The notes under the pieces were generated by a model, which was not told the DNA's origin, made no database searches, and saw nothing but the letters and a program-made list of their open reading frames with translations. The translations under genes were made by a program, and so were the position numbers. A DNA stretch of 64,000 nt from Candidatus Thorarchaeota archaeon (GTDB lineage: Archaea > Asgardarchaeota > Thorarchaeia > Thorarchaeales > Thorarchaeaceae). Below, one piece after another: positions 58,965-64,000 of the stretch; the stretch's first letter is position 1, and the number at the start of each line of letters is the position of its first letter. The DNA lies in NCBI GenBank assembly GCA_019057475.1, contig DXJO01000008.1, positions 32,001 through 96,000 on the forward strand, written 5' to 3'.

Positions 58965-59438
58965 TTACTGAGTATCATTGAGATGACGCAGCCAGATTAC
59001 ACCATCATCTTGGGGGTAGAATGAGGGGAGATTCGCAACTTCTTCGAAGCCTAATGACCTGTAGAATGACCTTCCGCCATCATTCCCATGTTCCATAAAC
59101 AGATACAGAACTCTGAGGCGGTATCCGTTCTCTTCGTAGAAACCAGCAGCATCCTTGATGAGCGCCTTCATGAGTGCACTAGCTACTCCCTTGCGGCGGA
59201 ATGCAAGATTCACGCCAAGCCCAGCTATCTCAACTACGCCATCGTCGAGACCTCCTCTTGTGTCCCAGGAGAGAGACCCCGCCAGGTTACTATCCACGAA
59301 ACCGAGGATTGTCTTGAATTTGAGGGTCAGGTCATCTGCAAACGCCTTCGCGCGCTCTTGATGATTCTCGATGTCCTTAAGGTACATTTTCTCCAATAGG
59401 GTTCTGTCAGTTTGAACGGCCTTGCGTATCTCTGGCAT
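58965..59438 (-). CDS. GNAT N-acetyltransferase
   Basis: GVNLAFRRKGVASAL, N...RSFYRSLGF; start at MPEIRK. Confidence 0.88.
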   Translation of the reverse strand: MPEIRKAVQTDRTLLEKMYLKDIENHQERAKAFADDLTLKFKTILGFVDSNLAGSLSWDTRGGLDDGVVEIAGLGVNLAFRRKGVASALMKALIKDAAGFYEENGYRLRVLYLFMEHGNDGGRSFYRSLGFEEVANLPSFYPQDDGVIWLRHLNDTQ

Positions 59439-59458
59439 ATCTGTTTCTCCATCTTGAT

Positions 59459-59878
59459 TCATTTGGGTTCCGCACTGCTCTGCGTTCTCTCTTGCTCTAG
59501 CTCTTGATGCATTGCTCTGCATCTGCCAAGCCAGAGAATCTCATACTCCTCAGCACTGATGATTCTGTCGTGAAGGTTGGGAATCCCGCGAATACCTGCT
59601 TCCTTGCACCACTCGACGCATATCCTGTACTCCTCCCAATCCATCTCCATGTCTTCCCACTCACATAGAATATCGGAGTGTCCTTTCAGGTGCCATACAA
59701 GGGCCCTCGTGTGTCCATCAGTGGATATCATCTCCCCATCTAGCTTCTTGATTGGCACTGGCGGTATCTTGTGCGCTTCATCTTTGTCGAAGGCCTCTAG
59801 GATTCTATCGAGTTTCTTGCGACTAATGTATAGCTGACTGGGCTGAATGTCCTCAAGGTTCATCCGAAATGTGGTCAT
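59459..59878 (-). CDS. ParB/Srx-like domain protein
   Basis: IQPSQLYIS...PVPIKKLDG...TDGHTRA. Confidence 0.65.
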   Translation of the reverse strand: MTTFRMNLEDIQPSQLYISRKKLDRILEAFDKDEAHKIPPVPIKKLDGEMISTDGHTRALVWHLKGHSDILCEWEDMEMDWEEYRICVEWCKEAGIRGIPNLHDRIISAEEYEILWLGRCRAMHQELEQERTQSSAEPK

Positions 59879-60020
59879 CGATTTTCTTGGCTCCGCCACA
59901 CTGGACAATCAGCTCTCGGACCTTATGTTTCCTCTTGTGGATACGCACATCAAGGGCAATTTATTAAACCCCTTCAGTTCGGGTGAATGCTGTTGTTCTT
60001 TCATAAAATGTGTGCTGCAA

Positions 60021-61145
60021 ATGACCGGAGATCTGACAATAGTGAAAAGCCGTGCTGCTGTTATTCCTGCACCTAACGCCTCGATTGAGATTAGAGAGTT
60101 CGAAGTTCCTGAACTAGTTCCGGGCTCTGCTTTACTGAAGGTCGCCAATGCTGGTGTGTGTGGAACAGATGTTCATCTTTGGCATGGAAAACTAGCAGGT
60201 GTTCCTTATCCTCTAATTCCTGGTCATGAAGCTGTTGGAACTATTGAGAGGATTGGTCCCAGCCCGATTAGCTATCTAAACGGCCAAGAGATCAAAGTTG
60301 GCGATAGAGTAACATTTCATGACGTGACGAAGACATGCTTCTCCTGCTACTACTGTCTCATCGCGAAGACTCCTACGAAATGTCCAAACCGAGTTGTGTA
60401 TGGGATAACAATGGACTCGACCAAGTTCCCCCATTTGATTGGTGGTTACAGCGAGTACGTATATCTCATTCCCGGTACGCACATCATCAGAGTACCCGAT
60501 CATGTCAGTTTTGATGGTGCCATCTCGGTGGGATGTGCGCTTCCTACTGCCATCCACGCAGTGACACGGAGTCCAATGAAGCATGGCCTTAATGTTGCAG
60601 TTCAGGGCGCAGGGCCTGTTGGGCTAATGATTGCAATCCTTGCTAAGATAACCGGGGCAGCAACGATTACCTCAATTGACCAGGCACCCAATAGGTTAGA
60701 GGTTGCGAGGCGATTTGGAGTGACTCACACACTCAACATCCGTGAAACCGACCTAGAAGAGCGAAAGCAAGCCTTGCGTGAGATATCGGACGGACATGGA
60801 CCCGATATTGTGTATGAAGCAACTGGAAACGCTCTAGCCGTTCCAGAAGGTATCGAACTTGTCCGCGAGGGTGGCACATACACTATCTGCGGGCAATACA
60901 CTGATAGTGGGACCGTGGAAATGAATCCACATCTCATGAACCGCAAACATCTGGACATTCGAACCGTTTGGGGCTCAGAAACCACCCATGTGTATCAGGC
61001 AATACGCACAATCGCCAACAATTATGATCGATTCCCATTTGAGGACCTTGTCACACATAGCTTCAAACTTGATGAGGCTCAGAAAGCCCTTGAAACCCAA
61101 CGTGATCAGAAGTCACTGAAAGCTGTAATCAGACCACATGAATAG
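60021..61145 (+). CDS. Zn-dependent medium-chain alcohol dehydrogenase
   Basis: GVCGTDVH, GHE, CFSCYYC.......C, GAGPVG. Confidence 0.92.
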   Translation: MTGDLTIVKSRAAVIPAPNASIEIREFEVPELVPGSALLKVANAGVCGTDVHLWHGKLAGVPYPLIPGHEAVGTIERIGPSPISYLNGQEIKVGDRVTFHDVTKTCFSCYYCLIAKTPTKCPNRVVYGITMDSTKFPHLIGGYSEYVYLIPGTHIIRVPDHVSFDGAISVGCALPTAIHAVTRSPMKHGLNVAVQGAGPVGLMIAILAKITGAATITSIDQAPNRLEVARRFGVTHTLNIRETDLEERKQALREISDGHGPDIVYEATGNALAVPEGIELVREGGTYTICGQYTDSGTVEMNPHLMNRKHLDIRTVWGSETTHVYQAIRTIANNYDRFPFEDLVTHSFKLDEAQKALETQRDQKSLKAVIRPHE

Positions 61146-62346
61146 ACAGGGAGCCAAGCGCATGGATTACCAACTTGAGATTGAGAAGAGTCAGCAAGCA
61201 TGTGAGATACTCGACGAACTCGACATCGCATCTTGGCTAGTCTGGGTCCGTGAGACCTCTCAGACTCCTGACCCAGTTCTGGAACTAATCCTGGGTGGTG
61301 ATGTGGTTTGGCAATCTGCTTTCCTCTTCACCAAGGATGGTGAGAAGATTGGCATTGTTGGGAACTTCGATGTCGATGCAATTGAAGCAAAGGGCATCTA
61401 TGACCGAGTTGTTCCGTACACCGAGGGTATCAGAGACCAACTGATTTCAGAACTCGATAAATTCCGCCCTCGTCAGGTTGCAATCAACTTCAGCAAAGAC
61501 AATGTGGCTGCTGATGGTCTGACTGTGGGAATGTTGTTGAAGCTCAAAGAGTATCTGAAAGACACTCCTTACCTGACTCGTTTGGTGAGCGCGGAGGAAA
61601 TCATCACACGACTCCGGGGTCGCAAGACCGAAAAAGAGGTTACCTGCATTAGGTCAGCTATTGAGGTAACCGAGGCAATTTACGACCGGGCCAAGAGTTT
61701 TGTCAAAGTAGGGATGACCGAGATCGAGGTGTACCAGCATTTTCATGAACTCATGAAGGAACACAAAGTCACTAGTGCTTGGAACGCGGACCACAACCCC
61801 GCTGTCGATGCTGGTCCAGACAAGCAGTTTGGACACTCAGGACCAACCGGGAATAAAATCAAGAAGGGACACCTATTGCACTTTGACTTCGGAGTGCGCT
61901 GGCAGGGCTATTGTTCGGACATTCAACGTATGTTCTTCTTCGGGCCTAAGTCGGCGATACCTGAGGAAGTGCAGACGGCATTCGAAACGGTGCGTGATGC
62001 GATTCAGGAAGCCTCTCTTTATATCTCCCCTGGAGTTCTGGGTTACGAGGTGGATGCACTAGCCCGCAAGTTCGTAAAAGATAGGGGCTACGAGGAGTAT
62101 CAACATGCTCTCGGCCATCAGGTTGGTCGGCGCGCACATGACGGTGGGACCCTCCTTGGTCCATTGTGGGAGCGATATGGAACCAGCCCGAAGGGCGTTG
62201 TTGAGGCCGGAAACGTCTTCACGCTTGAGCTCTACGTGACAACGAGTAACTATGGACAAGTCAGTCTAGAAGAGGACATTCTGGTCACTCGAAGCGGCTG
62301 TCGATTCCTATCTAACCCGCAGAGCGAACCAATTTGTATAGAATAA
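61138..62346 (+). CDS. Xaa-Pro aminopeptidase family (M24) peptidase
   Basis: HFDFG, YCSDIQR, HALGHQVG...HDG, FTLE, LEED. Confidence 0.9.
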   Translation: MNRQGAKRMDYQLEIEKSQQACEILDELDIASWLVWVRETSQTPDPVLELILGGDVVWQSAFLFTKDGEKIGIVGNFDVDAIEAKGIYDRVVPYTEGIRDQLISELDKFRPRQVAINFSKDNVAADGLTVGMLLKLKEYLKDTPYLTRLVSAEEIITRLRGRKTEKEVTCIRSAIEVTEAIYDRAKSFVKVGMTEIEVYQHFHELMKEHKVTSAWNADHNPAVDAGPDKQFGHSGPTGNKIKKGHLLHFDFGVRWQGYCSDIQRMFFFGPKSAIPEEVQTAFETVRDAIQEASLYISPGVLGYEVDALARKFVKDRGYEEYQHALGHQVGRRAHDGGTLLGPLWERYGTSPKGVVEAGNVFTLELYVTTSNYGQVSLEEDILVTRSGCRFLSNPQSEPICIE

Positions 62347-62349
62347 GAT

Positions 62350-63162
62350 TCAGGAATTCGCCAGTTCATCCATTGCTCCGGTTCGATACCCTCTAGCGTC
62401 GATAGCAACATAGGTGAATCCAACGGAGATTGCCAACTCGTTTAGCTCGTCGAGTTTGTTGGTGTCGAAGAGTTTGTCACGCTCGTCAGAACCTACTTCT
62501 ATTCGCACAAGATCACCGTGGAATCGAGCTCGGATTGTACGGACTTCGAATATTCGTCTGACTGCTTGTTCAATCGTATCTACCATGGTGACATATTTCT
62601 TTGTGATCTGCACTCCGTAAGGAAATCTGGTTGCTAAGCATGCCATGGAGGGTCTGTCTGCAACAGATAGTCCGTTCTCTCTTGCGTACTTGCGAATCTC
62701 ATCCTTCGTCATGCCTGCATCCAAAAAGGGTGATGTCACTCCCATCTCTCTGAGAGCACGTTCGCCAGGTCTGTGGCCTTTCAGATCACTTGCGCTTGTG
62801 CCTTCAACGACCATGTCGAAACCTCGTTTGCTAGCGTATTCAATCCAGACCTTAGCCAGCTTCTTCTTGCAGAGGTAACATCGGTCGCGGGGGTTCTTTG
62901 TGAACTCATCATCGTCCAGATGATCCACATGGATTATCTCAGACCCAATTTTCAGCTCGTCTGCGACTTTCTTTGCATTTACAAGTTCAGACTGGGGTGA
63001 CAGAATACTATCGATGGTGAGTAACACAACTCTGTCTGCATGCTTCTTAGCGAGGAGTGCAAGGACAGAGCTATCAACACCGCCGCTAAACGCAACTAAT
63101 ACTCGTTGTCCATTCAGAAGGCGCGCGATTTTGCTAAACTTATCCTTGGAGTGTTCATTCAT
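62350..63162 (-). CDS. larE: ATP-dependent sulfur transferase LarE family
   Basis: PP-loop AFSGGVDS, RCYLCKK, HRPG, SMACLATRFPYG, GYRTGAM. Confidence 0.88.
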   Translation of the reverse strand: MNEHSKDKFSKIARLLNGQRVLVAFSGGVDSSVLALLAKKHADRVVLLTIDSILSPQSELVNAKKVADELKIGSEIIHVDHLDDDEFTKNPRDRCYLCKKKLAKVWIEYASKRGFDMVVEGTSASDLKGHRPGERALREMGVTSPFLDAGMTKDEIRKYARENGLSVADRPSMACLATRFPYGVQITKKYVTMVDTIEQAVRRIFEVRTIRARFHGDLVRIEVGSDERDKLFDTNKLDELNELAISVGFTYVAIDARGYRTGAMDELANS

Positions 63163-63242
63163 CGAAGTCTTGCCTGCTTTCGAGCTGATGGTCTTAAGGA
63201 TTGGCAAACTGACAATGCTTGAGGATCTTTCCGGGCTCTCGA

Positions 63243-64000
63243 TTACTTTCCTTTATTTGTTGACATGTAGGGGTCCTCATCAAAATCCATGTCGGTGTAA
63301 CCCTGGTCCTCCAGAAGATGTTCCACGGATTCCGCTCCCTTTGTCCATTTTACCTGCCACTGACCCTCTTCAGTCAGCCTGAGCTCCACATCAGGCAGGT
63401 CTCCCAGAAGGTTGTGATCCATCTCAATAACATCTTGGTACGCGCCTGTCAGGGCCAGAACGAAGTAGGAGTCCTGGACATTCTCCAAGACACCAACAGG
63501 GATTCCTTCCTCCATCCCTTCCTTTGGCAAGGTTAGCGGCCGGTCATCTCTTGTGAACAGCGGCACATCAGTGACCTTTCTGTGGAACTGAGATATCTCA
63601 CCGTCTGAGTCACAGGTAATATCTACCAAGCGCACAGTCGTTTCGGGTCTTACATGCAGGTCGCGAATAGGCACAATTGGGAAGTGTTGATGGACTAGAA
63701 CATAGTCTCCTACACTGTTGAACACACTGAAGTTGCCTATCACGATGTGCTCCGGATACCAGAAGCTTCTGGAAACAGAGCCCGATTTTAGTTGATTGAG
63801 TCCGTGCTTCTTCAGTTTCCTCCGAACTGCTGCTTCAAGCACGCCCACCAACATCTCGCTCTCGAAGATTCCTTTTAGGGTGCCAGAGGTTTCAGTGAGT
63901 TCCTTATGGAATTTATTCCACGATTTCGCCAACTCATCAGCAGAACTTGATTTCTCAATCCGATCAAGCCATTGGCGCTCAGCCCTTTCCATTGCTTTGC
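63243..64000 (-). CDS. speA: Biosynthetic arginine decarboxylase, C-terminal part (gene runs off the right edge)
   Basis: NFSVFNSVGD, FPIVPI, DITCDSDG, GAYQDVI...HNLLG. Confidence 0.8.
   Translation of the reverse strand, partial: KAMERAERQWLDRIEKSSSADELAKSWNKFHKELTETSGTLKGIFESEMLVGVLEAAVRRKLKKHGLNQLKSGSVSRSFWYPEHIVIGNFSVFNSVGDYVLVHQHFPIVPIRDLHVRPETTVRLVDITCDSDGEISQFHRKVTDVPLFTRDDRPLTLPKEGMEEGIPVGVLENVQDSYFVLALTGAYQDVIEMDHNLLGDLPDVELRLTEEGQWQVKWTKGAESVEHLLEDQGYTDMDFDEDPYMSTNKGK

Overview
Archaeal chromosomal segment, most likely from an Asgard archaeon of the Thorarchaeia type. This is inferred from a Rab-like small GTPase without a prenylation signal, many membrane-anchored NosD/Ig-like surface proteins and GGAGG/GGTGA ribosome-binding sites. 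Housekeeping or metabolic genes include alkA, surE, a two-subunit CoA-transferase, a glycyl-radical enzyme, tusA-iscS-iscU, a Zn-dependent dehydrogenase, an M24 peptidase, larE and the 3' end of speA. They are interleaved with accessory DNA: a nuclease-only island, four DNA methyltransferase genes, an RNase J-like/CARF-PIN module and large secreted proteins. Three unannotated patterns stand out. (1) A ~275-bp non-coding element occurs twice (30259-30534, 50916-51190). It has asymmetric sub-terminal inverted repeats and an ACC at both junctions, sits in ACCCTC both times, and its removal restores the interrupted reading frames, like a non-autonomous IS110/IS1111-type element. (2) Cargo repeatedly sits between an intact gene and a diverged second allele of that gene's 3' end (alkA, CoA-transferase B, Dam) or of the whole gene (membrane-protein repeat), with no integrase. 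(3) A CRISPR-less surE / RNase J-like / CARF-PIN gene run. No rRNA, tRNA, CRISPR array, integrase or transposase was recognised. All family calls come from motif recognition by eye, not database searches.
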